Origin: a virus
Lineage: Duplodnaviria; Caudoviricetes
Virus record (IMG/VR): IMGVR_UViG_3300042695_000123
Span: 1-61,498 of that record
Length of the DNA stretch: 61,498 bases
Strand: one strand, 5' to 3'
Shown: positions 1-11,302 of the stretch, in pieces
Layout of the letters: each line of letters starts with the position of its first letter
Numbering within the stretch: position 1 is the stretch's first letter
Program-made: the position numbers and the translations under genes
The notes under the pieces: generated by a model
Told to the model about the DNA's origin: nothing
Database searches by the model: none
What the model saw: the letters and a program-made list of their open reading frames with translations, nothing else

Positions 1-54
1 CGACTTGGTGTTCGTTACGAGCAACTTTTGGCATTTGTAATTGCCGCACTTTAA
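1..54 (+). CDS. Partial CDS: C-terminus of a tail fibre/tailspike, resembling the end of an intramolecular chaperone (peptidase S74) domain
   Basis: Frame 1 reads RLGVRYEQLLAFVIAAL-stop, similar to S74 chaperone C-termini; not in the ORF track. Confidence 0.6.
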   Translation, partial: RLGVRYEQLLAFVIAAL

Positions 55-73
55 TTAAACTGAAAGGTAAATC

Positions 74-295
74 ATGACCACTGAAATTATTACACCAACC
101 GCAGAAGAAATTGCTCGTCACTACAGTGCCGCAATGGACTCAGTAAATCTGATTAACGCAGGACAGCCAGAAGGCATGACTGCTGAAGATTGGTCTGATA
201 CTGTTGAAAGAAACCGTGAGCACCTAAAAATCATGCTGGCTAAAGATTTTTGGACTAGTGAAGATTTAGCGCCACTGCAAGCGGCATCAGCATAA
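74..295 (+). CDS. Small protein downstream of tail fibre, putative fibre assembly/accessory factor
   Basis: SD GAAAGG upstream; position after the fibre fragment. Confidence 0.55.
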   Translation: MTTEIITPTAEEIARHYSAAMDSVNLINAGQPEGMTAEDWSDTVERNREHLKIMLAKDFWTSEDLAPLQAASA

Positions 296-323
296 CGGGA
301 AGCCACCACCCGACCTTGGTGGC
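296..323 (+). promoter_or_regulatory. Putative RNA pseudoknot upstream of an RBS (allele A)
   Basis: GCCACCA 302-308 pairs with TGGTGGC 317-323; loop CCCG 309-312 pairs with CGGG 296-299; compensatory changes in the copy at 61108-61135. Confidence 0.6.
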
Positions 324-340
324 ACATTTTAGGAAAAATC

Positions 341-568
341 ATGGGAAAAAATGAAAAGACCCCTGTGACAATCGATGGCGTTGAGCACCAGTTTGAAGAC
401 CTGACACCCCAGCAGCAAGCGCTGTTGAACCATGTCGCAGATTTGGATCGCAAATTGGACTCAGCACGATTTAACGTAGACCAGCTCCAAGTAGGCCGCA
501 ACGCCTTCTTTGAGTTACTGAAGCAAGCTCTGGCCGAACCCAAGGTGTCGGACGTAGAACCTAAGTAA
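341..568 (+). CDS. Small coiled-coil phage protein, allele of 61153-61389
   Basis: SD AGGA; near-identical protein to 61153-61389. Confidence 0.8.
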   Translation: MGKNEKTPVTIDGVEHQFEDLTPQQQALLNHVADLDRKLDSARFNVDQLQVGRNAFFELLKQALAEPKVSDVEPK

Positions 569-677
569 CCTTGTCTGGGGGCTTCGGCCCCCGCTGTTTG
601 GTTACTGGAATTTGTTTTGAGTTGTACCTATGATTCCAATAGACCCGATAACAGCGTTAGAAGGACTACAGACTGCA
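551..677 (+). repeat. 127-nt exact repeat of the contig end (61372-61498)
   Basis: GACGTAGAAC...CAGACTGCA identical at both sites; length matches a common assembler k-mer. Confidence 0.9.
577..592 (+). terminator. GGGGGC-TTCG-GCCCCC hairpin, weak terminator or stabilising hairpin
   Basis: Perfect stem with UUCG loop but no clean U-tract. Confidence 0.45.
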
Positions 678-1130
678 ATCAGCGTAGTCAAAAAGGCAAG
701 CAAGGTCGCAAGTGATCTGGCTGGATTGGCTCCATCTATAGCCAAGATGTTTGATGCAAAGAGCACCGCTACCAAGGCGATGCTTCAGGCCAAGCGCACG
801 GGGGGTAAGTCCAACCTAGGGGCGGCGCTACAGATTGAGATGGCTTTGGATGAAGCCAAGCGGTTTGAGGAACAGTTAAAGATGCTGTTTATGCAGTCTG
901 GCCGTATAGACGTATGGAATGCAACCAAGGCTCGGCAAGCTGAGATGGATAGAGATGATGCCAGAGAGATGGCAGAGCTAAAGGCTGAAGAGAAGCGCCG
1001 CAAAGAAGAAGAACAAGAGCAGATGGCGTGGGCGATTGGAATTGTTGTGATTGTGATGCTCCTAGGCGCAGTTGGTTGGGGCATTGCTGAGATACAAGAC
1101 TACTGTGCCAAAACAAGGTGTGGTCGGTGA
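630..1130 (+). CDS. Coiled-coil protein with C-terminal TM helix, lysis region
   Basis: Charged helix then MAWAIGIVVIVMLLGAVGWGI. Confidence 0.7.
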   Translation: MIPIDPITALEGLQTAISVVKKASKVASDLAGLAPSIAKMFDAKSTATKAMLQAKRTGGKSNLGAALQIEMALDEAKRFEEQLKMLFMQSGRIDVWNATKARQAEMDRDDAREMAELKAEEKRRKEEEQEQMAWAIGIVVIVMLLGAVGWGIAEIQDYCAKTRCGR

Positions 1131-1276
1131 ATGAGTACCAAAAACAGTTTGACCTCTTCCTCAAAGTCTTTGTCAGGCTGTGCGTGGCGTGGTGGGTGCT
1201 TGGCCTGCTTCAGTATCTGCCTGATGAGCTTGCGGGCAAAATTGTAGATAAACTTCTTGGAATGATTGGACTTTAA
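1127..1276 (+). CDS. 49-aa membrane protein missed by the ORF track
   Basis: GTG start overlaps the upstream TGA; MNEYQKQFDLFLKVFVRLCVAWWVLGLLQYLPDELAGKIVDKLLGMIGL; fills the gap to 1277 exactly. Confidence 0.65.
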   Translation: MNEYQKQFDLFLKVFVRLCVAWWVLGLLQYLPDELAGKIVDKLLGMIGL

Positions 1277-1792
1277 ATGCTAACACTACTCTCAACCCTA
1301 ATCTCGTTTCTGATGGGCGGCCTGCCCAAAATTCTTGACTTCTTTCAAGACCGTTCAGATAAGAAGCACGAGCTAAACCTTGCCCAGATGCAGATACAGC
1401 GCGAGCTAGAACTACGCAAAGCTGGCTTTGAGGCACAAGAACGTATCGAGCATATCAAGTCAGAACAGCTTGAAACAGAGAGTGCGGCTAACACCAAGCA
1501 GATTCTGATCGGCGCTCAACAGGCTGAGATGCAGGCCATCTACGCCCACGATATGAGTTTAAACGAGGGAACCAGCGAATGGATGAAGAACCTTCGCGCC
1601 TCTGTTCGCCCAGTCATCACATACGGCTTCTTCTTCCTGTTAGTGTTTGTGGATGTAGGCTTGTTTGCCTATGGCTGGAGCCGTGGTGTGCCGTTCTCTG
1701 AGTTAGCCGAGATGCTGTGGGATCCCGAAACCCAAGCCCTGTTTGCCAGCATCATTGCTTTCCACTTTGGTGGCCGGGCGTTTGGCAAATGA
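1277..1792 (+). CDS. Putative holin
   Basis: Hydrophobic N-terminus, ASVRPVITY then TM segments, FHFGGR end; directly upstream of the lysozyme. Confidence 0.65.
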   Translation: MLTLLSTLISFLMGGLPKILDFFQDRSDKKHELNLAQMQIQRELELRKAGFEAQERIEHIKSEQLETESAANTKQILIGAQQAEMQAIYAHDMSLNEGTSEWMKNLRASVRPVITYGFFFLLVFVDVGLFAYGWSRGVPFSELAEMLWDPETQALFASIIAFHFGGRAFGK

Positions 1793-2265
1793 AAATATCA
1801 GCCAAGTGTTTAAACATGATTCGCCATCACGAGGGCGTGAGGCAGAATCCGTATAAATGCCCAGCAAAGTTGTGGACTGTGGGAGTTGGGCACGTAATGT
1901 TTCCAGAGCAGGGCAAGCTTAAGATAGACCAACGGGATGCGTTTATACCACCGCCAGAGGCCATGCGTAAACACTCAATGGAGGAAGTCGATGCAATACT
2001 TAGGGCAGACCTTGCTCGGTTTGAGAAAGGCGTGGCTACTTATTGTCCTGTGCCTCTTACTCAAGGACAGTTTGACGCATTGGTATCTTTTGCTTTCAAT
2101 GTAGGACTGGGCACTCTCCAGCGTTCTACCCTGCGCCAAAAGGTACTGCGTGGTGATATGGCCGGTGCAGCAGAAGAGTTGTTGAAATATTGCATGGCGG
2201 GGGGTAAAATTCTCAAAGGGCTACAGAATCGCCGTATTGACGAGCGGGCCGTGTTTTTATCCTAG
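1789..2265 (+). CDS. Endolysin, GH24 phage lysozyme
   Basis: HHEGVRQNPYKCPAKLWTVGVGH, QGQFDALVSFAFNVG, GLQNRRIDE; ATG 1789 overlaps the holin stop. Confidence 0.92.
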   Translation: MKISAKCLNMIRHHEGVRQNPYKCPAKLWTVGVGHVMFPEQGKLKIDQRDAFIPPPEAMRKHSMEEVDAILRADLARFEKGVATYCPVPLTQGQFDALVSFAFNVGLGTLQRSTLRQKVLRGDMAGAAEELLKYCMAGGKILKGLQNRRIDERAVFLS

Positions 2266-2273
2266 GACTGCCC

Positions 2274-4391
2274 ATGCCGCTAAAAAAACTAACCCTCAAA
2301 GCCGGTGTAAACAAAGAAAACACTCGCTATACATCGGAGAACGGCTGGTATGTCTCCGACAAGATGCGCTTTCGTCAGGGAACACCTGAGAAGATTGGCG
2401 GCTGGGTTCGCATCTCTGCCACGACATTCCTTGGCGTTTGCCGTTCTTTGTGGAACTGGGTCACTCTCGCCTCTCTCAATTTGATTGGCGTAGGCACTAA
2501 CTTAAAGTTTTACATTGAGTCTGGCGGTGCGTACAACGACATCACGCCTATCCGTACTACGGTCACCATTAATAACAATCCATTTGCGCTGACAGCTTCT
2601 ACAACAGTCACAGTCACAGACACGGCTCATGGATGCTACACGGGCGACTTCGTCACCTTCAGTGGGGCTACAGACATCGGCGGTGGCGGTACAAACGTGA
2701 CAGCTTCTATCCTGAACAAAAACTTTCAAGTCACTGTTGTTGATGAAAATACATACACAATTGTTATCTCTGTAATACCTAATGCTACAGCTATCGCAGG
2801 TTCGCCCGGTGGTGGTTCTGCTGTTATAGCAGCTTACGAGATTCATACTGGCCCAGCTTTTGCGGTTGCAGTGACAGGCTGGGGTGGTGGCGCTTGGGGC
2901 GCAGGCACTTGGGGTGTTGGCGCTGCGTCAGTCAATGCCATCCAATTGTGGAGCCAGAATAACTTTGGCGAAGACTTGATATATGCACCACGGGGCGGTG
3001 GTATCTATTACTGGTCTGCTCAGATTGGTGCTTCTTCATTACCGTTTACAGTCACTATTGCTTCTCCCGGTGTATTGACTGTGGCTTTAAGAAATGGCAC
3101 TGCGGTTTCTTTAAACACGACTGGTGCTTTGCCAACCGGCTTGTCTGTGGGTGTGGTCTATTATGTTGTAAACAGCACTGGCACAACTTGCAATCTATCT
3201 CTAACTTTTGGCGGTGCGGCTATTACCACCACTGGCACGCAGTCTGGTACTCAAACAATATCTGCTAGGGGCATTGACATTACCCAGCTTGGCGGTGCAT
3301 CCGACTGCCCCACCGTTCAAAACTTTATCTTTGTAGCCGACACCAGCAGGTTTGTGTTTGCGTTTGGCTGTAATGACTACGGCAGCACCATCCAAGATCC
3401 CATGCTCATTCGCTGGTCGGATCAAGAGTCGGTAACAAACTGGACTCCATCGGCCACAAACCAAGCGGGCAGCATCCGTCTGTCCCATGGCTCAGACATT
3501 GTTACTTGCGTACAGACCCGTCAGGAGATTGTGGTTTGGACAAACTCATCCTTGTATTCGCTTCAGTACCAAGGGCCACCAGCCGTTTGGTCTAGCCAAC
3601 TGCTAGGAGATAACATCTCTATCATTGGCCCCAATTCCGCAGTTGTTGCGTCTGGTGTGATTTACTGGATGGGCTTAGAAAAGTTCTACAAATACGATGG
3701 CCGCACACAGACATTGCGTTGCGATTTGCGCCAGCACATCTTCCAAGACATTAACTTGGCTCAGGCATCCCAAGTCTTTGCGGGTACTAACGAAGGCTTT
3801 AACGAAGTCTGGTGGTTCTACTGCTCACAAAATAGCAATGAAATTGACCTGTATGTAACATACAACTACTTAGAAGATGTCTGGGCTTATGGCACATTGG
3901 GACGCACAGCTTGGCTAGATTCTGGCCTGCGTCAATACCCACTGGCTGCGACATACAGCTACAACCTTGTTAACCATGAGCAGGGCAATGATGATAATCA
4001 GACCGGCACGCCAGCGCCTATTACTGCTGTGATTGGTTCTGCTGAGTTTGACATTGATGATGGCGATCACTTTGGCTTTGTCTGGAGGATGCTCCCTGAC
4101 ATCACATTCCGTGGGTCTAATGCGGCTTCTCCGCAAGTCACCATGACCTTGATCCCAATGCAGAACTCAGGCTCTGGTTACAACGATCCTATTTCGCTGG
4201 GCGGCAATCCAAATGCCACAGTGGCCCGTACATCTACGTCCGTCATTGAACAGTTTACTGGTCAGGTATATGTCAGGGTGCGTGGCCGTCAGATGATTCT
4301 TCAGGTTGAATCTAACCAACTGGGTTGTGCGTGGCAGTTGGGTAGTCCTCGTATTGATATTAAACAAGATGGCCGCAGAGGTAACTCATGA
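2274..4391 (+). CDS. Tail nozzle / tail tubular protein B-like (P22 gp10 / T7 gp12 analogue)
   Basis: Beta-rich 705 aa, DPMLIRWSDQE and WWFY motifs; precedes internal virion genes. Confidence 0.65.
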   Translation: MPLKKLTLKAGVNKENTRYTSENGWYVSDKMRFRQGTPEKIGGWVRISATTFLGVCRSLWNWVTLASLNLIGVGTNLKFYIESGGAYNDITPIRTTVTINNNPFALTASTTVTVTDTAHGCYTGDFVTFSGATDIGGGGTNVTASILNKNFQVTVVDENTYTIVISVIPNATAIAGSPGGGSAVIAAYEIHTGPAFAVAVTGWGGGAWGAGTWGVGAASVNAIQLWSQNNFGEDLIYAPRGGGIYYWSAQIGASSLPFTVTIASPGVLTVALRNGTAVSLNTTGALPTGLSVGVVYYVVNSTGTTCNLSLTFGGAAITTTGTQSGTQTISARGIDITQLGGASDCPTVQNFIFVADTSRFVFAFGCNDYGSTIQDPMLIRWSDQESVTNWTPSATNQAGSIRLSHGSDIVTCVQTRQEIVVWTNSSLYSLQYQGPPAVWSSQLLGDNISIIGPNSAVVASGVIYWMGLEKFYKYDGRTQTLRCDLRQHIFQDINLAQASQVFAGTNEGFNEVWWFYCSQNSNEIDLYVTYNYLEDVWAYGTLGRTAWLDSGLRQYPLAATYSYNLVNHEQGNDDNQTGTPAPITAVIGSAEFDIDDGDHFGFVWRMLPDITFRGSNAASPQVTMTLIPMQNSGSGYNDPISLGGNPNATVARTSTSVIEQFTGQVYVRVRGRQMILQVESNQLGCAWQLGSPRIDIKQDGRRGNS

Positions 4392-4729
4392 TTGTCATTT
4401 CTGAAAATGCACTGAATCAAGTTGCTGCACCTAACTTACCGCTGGCCCCAATGCAGTATGACCGGCAGTATGCCGATCAGCTAAACAACGTGTTGCGTCT
4501 GTACTTTAATCGTGTTGATGCCATTCTTGACCAGTTCAAGACAGACAGCATTGTTCCGGCCCTAACCAATTACACTGTGGCAACGTTACCAAGTGCGGTG
4601 ACATCTGGCAAAGGCGCAAGGTCTTTTGTAACGGATGCGTTATTGCCTACATTTGGATCGACTGTCGCTGGCGGCGGTGCAGTAGCTACGCCCGTATACT
4701 CTGACGGCACAAATTGGAAGGTCGGATAA
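4388..4729 (+). CDS. Small tail-associated protein
   Basis: YTVATLPSA...[11 protein letters not shown] fibre-like C-terminus. Confidence 0.6.
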   Translation: MIVISENALNQVAAPNLPLAPMQYDRQYADQLNNVLRLYFNRVDAILDQFKTDSIVPALTNYTVATLPSAVTSGKGARSFVTDALLPTFGSTVAGGGAVATPVYSDGTNWKVG

Positions 4730-7700
4730 TGGCACGTCGTAGCATGAATTACATGATGGATTACGAAGACACCGGTATTGATGGTGATACCTTTCGTGAT
4801 TATTCTGAACGTGATTTTGGTATTGCTTCATTGCCACAAGCCAAACCAGACATATTTGCGGCTGAAGCAGCTAGATTGGCTGAACTGGAAAATGCATTTT
4901 TTCAACAACAAGCTGAGGCTCAACGGCAAGCCGAATTAGAGCAGCAAGCAAGACAGGCAGAGGCTGCTAGGCAAGCGGCGTTAGCGCAGGAAAGGGCCGC
5001 CGCTGATGCTGCTCGTCAAGCTGCCGCCGCTCAAGCGGCTGCCGATAAAGCCGCTGCCGAAGCCGCCGCACGTGATGAAGCCGCAAGAACTGTTGCCCAA
5101 CAAGCTGCCGCTCGACGTGCTGCCGAAGCAGCCGCTCAGGCGCAAGCTGCTGCTGATCGGGCTGCTGCTGAAGCCGCTGCTCGACAAGAAGCCGCTAGGG
5201 TTGCAGCGCAACAAGAAGCGCAACGCCAAGCCGCAATAGCTGCTGAAGAAGCAAGGCGAAAAGCCGCTGAAGACGCATTTTTAGAACAACAGGCCAGAGC
5301 GCAGGCGGAACAGCAAGCGGAAGCACGCAGACAGGCTCAAATAGAAGCCGAACAACGAGCTTACGAAGATCAACAAAGAACTTACAGAGACGCTCAAGCT
5401 CGCCAAGAAGCACTTCGCGCTCAGAATGCCGCTAGATTAGCCGCAGAACAAGAAGCTGCAAGACAGGCGCAGTTAGCACAACAAGCTGAAGCACAAAGAC
5501 AGGCTGAAATAGCCGCTGAGGCCCAAAGACGCAAAGCCGCAGAAGATGCGTTTTTGGAGCAACAAGCCAGAGCGCAGGCCGAGCAACAGGCAGAACAACA
5601 GCGTCAAGCCCAAGCAGAAGCACAGCGTCAAGCTGAAGCTGCCGCCCGTCAGGCCGCTGCCGCACAAGAAGCCGCAACCAAAGCTGCCGCCGAAGCAGCA
5701 GCACGTGCCGAAGCTGCAAGAACAGCAGAACAACAAGCGGCTGCAAAGAGGGCTGCTGAAGCTGCTGCCGCTGCACAAGCTGCTGCTGATAAAGCTGCGG
5801 CTGAAGCCAAAGCTCAGGCTGATGCTGCGGCGCAAGCTGAAGCACAGGCCAAAGCCGATGCGGCAGCTAAGGCTGAAGCAGATGCCAGAGCCGCTGAGGC
5901 CACCAGAGTAACGCAACCTACAAACCGCTCAGATTTACAAATTGAAAGACAATTTACAGATGCTGATATTGAGGCTGGCATTGGTTCTTTGCCAGCAGCT
6001 AAAGCAGTTGCTCCTGCCAATAGCCAACAAACCGTTATTGACAAATTAACGCAGCAAATTCTTGGTCAAGGCACAACAAGTAAATGGTCTGGTCAAGGCT
6101 TTGGTTCTGCCGAAAAGAACGCAGCCGACATGGCTAAGATTTTGGCTGACACGGGCATTACAGACATTAAACAGTTTGGTAAATTTACAAAGACTGGTAT
6201 TAATGAAACTGTTACTTCAGATGGCAGGGGTGGTTTTGTAGATCAACGTGGCAACCCTGTAGATCCAAAATTAGTTACCTCTCAACTTGCAGGCGAAAGT
6301 GAAGGCGGCTATTACACCGAATACATGGCTCCCATTGGAAGCCAAGAGGTTTTTGGAAATAAAGAAACTAAAAAAGAAGTTGCCAATACTTACAGCGAAC
6401 GCCAGACTGGTAATTTCTTTGGCGGAACTTTTGAGGGCAAAGGCAACACGGGTTACGCTGTTCAGTTTGATGCTCAAGGTAATCCAATCTTCTACACGCA
6501 AGGTGCGTCTAGTAGCGATATCGGTCAGCTTGCACCTTTATTGGCGATTGCGTCTTTCATTCCTACGCTGGCTCCATTTGCTCAAGCTTTAAACGGAGCC
6601 ATTGCTCTTAAGAATGGCGACATTTTAGGCGGCATAGCTGCACTGGCTGGTGTGTCTGGTATGTCTGAGGTTTCCACAGGCTTGAAGGTTGTTAAGGCTG
6701 TTGAATCTGGCGATGTCATGGGTGTCGTTGGCGCTTTGATGTCCGATCCTAGCTTGGGTAAGTTGGCATCGACCACCATGATTGGTAATGGCGTGTCGTT
6801 TGCCGATGCTGGCAATACCTTAAAGATTGTTGACAATTTAAACAAGGGTAATTTGGTTGGTGCATTAAGTTCTGCTGGCGACATGTCAGGCAGTTCTGAT
6901 GTCAGAACAGCAGCGGCTGGTTTAAACCTTGTTAACGCCATCCAAAGTGGCGATATAACTAAGATTGCCAATGCGGCTGGTAGTTTAAACAACACACTCA
7001 ACGCAACCAATAATGTTGTGACCCAATTGCAGAAGGCAGGCTTGGCGGATACGAGCGCCAACACCGACACCAACATCCAAACTCTATTGGATAACATGTT
7101 GACTTTGGATGCCTCTGGAGCAAGTGATGTAGACGCAGCAGCCGACTTGGCTCAACAGCAAGGCTATAACAAATTCACTTTTGGCGGCAAGACATACAAC
7201 TTAGATTTAGACAACTCCGCAGCGACTATTGCTGATTTGGAAAACATTGTTAGGCAAGAAACTGAAGCCAAGAAGGCGGCAACAACAGCCGCCAATTTAG
7301 CTGGCGGTGAGTTTGCTGGTGTAGATGCTGCGATAGCTGCTCAAGCCAAGGCCAACAACGTAGTGATTGGCAATGCTGAAGCAGACACACCACAAGAAGC
7401 TGCTTACCTTGCCAAGCAACGTAACCCGAACGGAACATCATTTACCTTTGGCGGCCAGACTTACGAAATGGGCATTAATGATGCGACTGTAAACGCAGCA
7501 CTGGCAGAGACAAGAAAAACTGCTGCGTTGAATGATATTCAAAATGCACCAAACTTTAATACAGCTTATGCTGCCGCTCGTGAAGTTCTTGGCCCTAACC
7601 AGACGTTTACATGGAATGGCAAACAGTACAGCACTGCTACCGCCGCAGAGCGCCCAGATTTGTCTGGCCCCTCGATTGATCAGTTAAACAAAATCAATCT

Positions 7701-10278
7701 GGCTACAGTGACAGATGCGTCTAAAACTGTTGCCGCACAAAGCGATACCGCCGCACGAGCTACTGCCGCAGAAGAGCTTGCCAAACAACAAGCCGCTCAA
7801 AAATCCGCAATAGCGAATATGGAAAAGACTGGGTTTTGGAGTGGCTTGGGTTCTAAAATTCAAGAGACGATGAAGTTAAGTAGTGCGGAGGCTAATAAGT
7901 TTTTAAAAGAAAACCCTGACAGCCCGATCACAAAAAACGTAAGCACAGCATACGAAGCCGCTGGCAACTTAGAGAAGAACGTTGCAGGTGGCCTAGCTTT
8001 GTTGACGAACAACAAGCCATTGGCTGACGCTTTTGTAAAGAGTGGAGATGACCTGACTAAGCTTGGTCAAAGTTTGGGCAATGGTGTTGTAGACACCAAG
8101 AATTGGAACGACACCATGTCGTTGCTTCAAAATGCACAAGGATGGGAAAAGCTTGGTGTTATTGCTGGTCGAATCGCAGATGGCACAAGTGGTTTGGGTC
8201 GCCAGATAGAGATAGAACTAAGGCAAGAGTTGCCCGCTCTGTTCCTTGGCGGCGGTAGCGTCAAAGGTCTTATGGTTGCCAGCGGTGCAATGAATACCGC
8301 AGAGACTGGTGGTAATGCCGCATTAGATGCTTATGATGATGCCGTCAAGAAAGGCAAAACCCATAACGAAGCTTTGTCTGATGCTAGGGTAGCAGGCGCT
8401 GTTGCTGGTGCTACGGAAGCTGCCATTCAATTAACACTGGGCAAACTAGCCGACTTTGGTGTTGGCAAAATTAGTAACATAGGCACTAAAGCTGGCACTA
8501 AAATAGCTGGCGAGGGTATTGTTGAGGCGGGTCAAGAAGGCGGCGCTGCGGCGGCTGTAGATCTGGCGCTTGGCAATGCGATGGATCCAAACAAATATCT
8601 TACCCAAGCTATTGCAGGCGGGGTGGTTGGCAAAGGAACTGCCACCGTAACCTCGCCCACTGATATTGTTACATCAACTAATCAAGGCAAAGTTTTAGCT
8701 GTTGACCCAAATAGTGGTACTGCATTAATTCAAAATGCTTCTGGTGTAAATCAAGTAGTAAATGTAGGTGGTGATGTTAATGTAGGGTCAACAGTTACTC
8801 TTGCATCTACCCCTAAGACTGATACCACACAAACCTTAATAGATGCAGGTTTACAAAATACAGCCAGTCAACCTGCAATAGGAGAGATCACTTCAATTGT
8901 GAGTGGCACGGGCGCATCCACAGGCGCAACTACAGGAGCGTCCACGGGCGCAACTACGGGTGCAACCACCGGAGCTACAACTGGTTCGACTGTAGATGTT
9001 GCCACGGCTCAACAAATGATGGCAGATCTAGGATTAAATGTTTCTAATCAAACCGCTGTGTCTTTGGCATCACAAATTTCTAAAGCCAATACTGGAACAA
9101 CCGGGGCAAATGTTGTTACTGGGCCTACAACTGGCGCAAGCACTGGAGTGGCTGGGGCAAACACAGGCCTTGTCATTGCCACAGACACATCCGCAGGCAC
9201 TGCATTGGTCATAAATGACTCCGGCAAGACTCAGGTCGTAAGCTTATCAAGCCCCGCTTCTCCCGGCTCGCAAGTGACGCTTACCACCGATACATCTACA
9301 GGATCGATCACAGCGGCTCCAGCCACAACTGCCACCGCAGGCACTGACACCGCAACAAATGCTGCAACAGCCGCTACCACTGCGGCCAATACGGCTACAA
9401 CAGCGGCCAATAACACTGCGGCGAACGTCAGTACCAACAACAATACTGATGCGGTCGTTAATGCAGCTACCGCAACTGATGCGGCGGCACAGGCCAATAC
9501 TGCCGCTAATGTGGCAAACAATGTAGCGGCTACTACAAACTCACCCACCGCCACAGATGCAGCCGTGGCTGCAAATACAGCGGCTGACGTGGCAACGAAT
9601 GCGGCTGTAAATGCCAATACCAACGTTAACCCCAACGTTACTCCGGATACCACTGTTACTCCTAACGTGACCCCCGATGTTACTGTTACTCCTAGCGTGG
9701 GAGTAGATACCAACGTTAATCCGACGGTTACGCCAAACGTTAACCCAAATGTTAACCCTAACGTTAACCCTAACGTTAACCCGAATGTCAATCCAAATGT
9801 TAACGTTTCTACGCCTGACGTTATTAATGTGGGTGGCGTAGACATTCCCGGTGTTTACACGCCTCCTAGTGTGTTGCCGCCAACCACGCCAGCAACACCT
9901 GCAACTCCTGCTACCCCCGCAACGCCCGTCAAAAAGACACCGGCTAAAGCGGCAGATACGTCATCGACACCTTACCAATACCAACAACAAGTCAACCAAA
10001 ACATCATCCCTGAACTGGCCAATGTGTTCTATTACGGCAAGAACTTTGGGGGACAGCAACAGAAGCTGACACCCGAAGGTGAATTGATGATGTCTCCGTA
10101 CCATGAGTTGAGTGTGACGAAAGCTGGCGCAGAGCCAGCACCACAAGCTATTCCTGTTGCACAAGAGGAAAAAGGAGAGGAAAATGACGTATCCGCGTTA
10201 TTGCAACAAATTATGTCTTCTGGCAACAACAATATGACGGAAGAAGAGTTAATGCAAATTATTCAAGCAAGAGGTTAA
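4729..10278 (+). CDS. About 1850-aa low-complexity virion/ejection protein
   Basis: TAATG coupling at 4727-4731; Ala/Gln/Glu coiled coil, three FT(F/W)xGxxY motifs, GATT, NPNV and PAT repeats. Confidence 0.75.
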   Translation: MARRSMNYMMDYEDTGIDGDTFRDYSERDFGIASLPQAKPDIFAAEAARLAELENAFFQQQAEAQRQAELEQQARQAEAARQAALAQERAAADAARQAAAAQAAADKAAAEAAARDEAARTVAQQAAARRAAEAAAQAQAAADRAAAEAAARQEAARVAAQQEAQRQAAIAAEEARRKAAEDAFLEQQARAQAEQQAEARRQAQIEAEQRAYEDQQRTYRDAQARQEALRAQNAARLAAEQEAARQAQLAQQAEAQRQAEIAAEAQRRKAAEDAFLEQQARAQAEQQAEQQRQAQAEAQRQAEAAARQAAAAQEAATKAAAEAAARAEAARTAEQQAAAKRAAEAAAAAQAAADKAAAEAKAQADAAAQAEAQAKADAAAKAEADARAAEATRVTQPTNRSDLQIERQFTDADIEAGIGSLPAAKAVAPANSQQTVIDKLTQQILGQGTTSKWSGQGFGSAEKNAADMAKILADTGITDIKQFGKFTKTGINETVTSDGRGGFVDQRGNPVDPKLVTSQLAGESEGGYYTEYMAPIGSQEVFGNKETKKEVANTYSERQTGNFFGGTFEGKGNTGYAVQFDAQGNPIFYTQGASSSDIGQLAPLLAIASFIPTLAPFAQALNGAIALKNGDILGGIAALAGVSGMSEVSTGLKVVKAVESGDVMGVVGALMSDPSLGKLASTTMIGNGVSFADAGNTLKIVDNLNKGNLVGALSSAGDMSGSSDVRTAAAGLNLVNAIQSGDITKIANAAGSLNNTLNATNNVVTQLQKAGLADTSANTDTNIQTLLDNMLTLDASGASDVDAAADLAQQQGYNKFTFGGKTYNLDLDNSAATIADLENIVRQETEAKKAATTAANLAGGEFAGVDAAIAAQAKANNVVIGNAEADTPQEAAYLAKQRNPNGTSFTFGGQTYEMGINDATVNAALAETRKTAALNDIQNAPNFNTAYAAAREVLGPNQTFTWNGKQYSTATAAERPDLSGPSIDQLNKINLATVTDASKTVAAQSDTAARATAAEELAKQQAAQKSAIANMEKTGFWSGLGSKIQETMKLSSAEANKFLKENPDSPITKNVSTAYEAAGNLEKNVAGGLALLTNNKPLADAFVKSGDDLTKLGQSLGNGVVDTKNWNDTMSLLQNAQGWEKLGVIAGRIADGTSGLGRQIEIELRQELPALFLGGGSVKGLMVASGAMNTAETGGNAALDAYDDAVKKGKTHNEALSDARVAGAVAGATEAAIQLTLGKLADFGVGKISNIGTKAGTKIAGEGIVEAGQEGGAAAAVDLALGNAMDPNKYLTQAIAGGVVGKGTATVTSPTDIVTSTNQGKVLAVDPNSGTALIQNASGVNQVVNVGGDVNVGSTVTLASTPKTDTTQTLIDAGLQNTASQPAIGEITSIVSGTGASTGATTGASTGATTGATTGATTGSTVDVATAQQMMADLGLNVSNQTAVSLASQISKANTGTTGANVVTGPTTGASTGVAGANTGLVIATDTSAGTALVINDSGKTQVVSLSSPASPGSQVTLTTDTSTGSITAAPATTATAGTDTATNAATAATTAANTATTAANNTAANVSTNNNTDAVVNAATATDAAAQANTAANVANNVAATTNSPTATDAAVAANTAADVATNAAVNANTNVNPNVTPDTTVTPNVTPDVTVTPSVGVDTNVNPTVTPNVNPNVNPNVNPNVNPNVNPNVNVSTPDVINVGGVDIPGVYTPPSVLPPTTPATPATPATPATPVKKTPAKAADTSSTPYQYQQQVNQNIIPELANVFYYGKNFGGQQQKLTPEGELMMSPYHELSVTKAGAEPAPQAIPVAQEEKGEENDVSALLQQIMSSGNNNMTEEELMQIIQARG
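9735..9805 (+). repeat. 12-nt coding tandem repeat (NPNV)n
   Basis: AACGTTAACCCN-like units. Confidence 0.8.
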
Positions 10279-10279
10279 T

Positions 10280-11293
10280 ATGGCAGACGATTACAGTGAC
10301 TACGGGCCTAGCGATGGATATGGCGCTCCGGGTACAAGCTACACGACTACGCCCGATACTCCTGCCACCGGCGGTAGTGTTTCAGACATATTTGGCTCTA
10401 TTGGTAACGTGTTATCTGGCGGTTCTGGATCCATGGCGCAGTTGGCTGGCCTTGGTGGTCTAGGTGCTTTAATCAATTCTATTGGTGGATCTGGCGGCAG
10501 TACTTACAAAGGCTTCCAAGGAAGCATACCTCAGTACACAGCTTCAAGATCACAACTACCCATTCCGCCAAGCGGATCACAAAGCGCCCTTGAAGGTGCA
10601 TCTACTGGCAAACGTAGGCCCGGCTCTGGGGGCGTGACGTATTTCACCCCAATGCAGTACACGCCAGCCGGTGCTGTAGAACAGCCAGCCGGTATTGCTA
10701 ATTTACCCGCCACGGGCGGTGCAATGGGTGCTGTACAACCAGCCCCTTTAGCTCAACCGATTGCACAAGATGATCCTTTTTTCCAATCTGCTGAGTACAA
10801 AGCGTTCCAAAACGACCCAAACAGCATGGTTGGCACTCACGATATGTACACGTCCCCATACTTTGGGCGCATGAGTTCTGGTTCGGTAGGGCAGGCTATG
10901 GATCGGGCTTACGAAAAATACAAAGGTATTACGCCACGCTCAAACCCAGTTAATTTCTCGCAGTTTGACTTTTCCTCAGATACTACAAACAGATTTGCTG
11001 CCGGGGGTATTGCAAATCTAGGTAGTTACTCTGATGGCGGTCGTTTACTTCGTGGCCCCGGTGATGGTGTATCGGATGATATCCCTGCCATCATTGGTCA
11101 GAAGCAACCCGCCCGTCTAGCCGACGGAGAGTTTGTGATTCCAGCCCGTATTGTTTCTGAGATCGGTAACGGATCCACAGACGCAGGAGCACGTAAACTA
11201 TATGCCATGATGGATCGCGTCCAAAAGGCACGTGGCAAAACTTTGAAAAACGTTGCAGCCAACTCCAAGGCTGACAAACATTTACCAGCGTAA
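10280..11293 (+). CDS. Internal virion protein with GPGDGVSDDIPA...LADGEFVIPA domain
   Basis: Motif seen in phage internal/tape-measure proteins, preceded by FAAGG and YSDGG. Confidence 0.7.
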   Translation: MADDYSDYGPSDGYGAPGTSYTTTPDTPATGGSVSDIFGSIGNVLSGGSGSMAQLAGLGGLGALINSIGGSGGSTYKGFQGSIPQYTASRSQLPIPPSGSQSALEGASTGKRRPGSGGVTYFTPMQYTPAGAVEQPAGIANLPATGGAMGAVQPAPLAQPIAQDDPFFQSAEYKAFQNDPNSMVGTHDMYTSPYFGRMSSGSVGQAMDRAYEKYKGITPRSNPVNFSQFDFSSDTTNRFAAGGIANLGSYSDGGRLLRGPGDGVSDDIPAIIGQKQPARLADGEFVIPARIVSEIGNGSTDAGARKLYAMMDRVQKARGKTLKNVAANSKADKHLPA

Positions 11294-11302
11294 GGTTTAA
11301 AC

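Noticed and set aside
9620-9930. CRISPR array
   Set aside because: Short in-frame coding repeats with no unique spacers.
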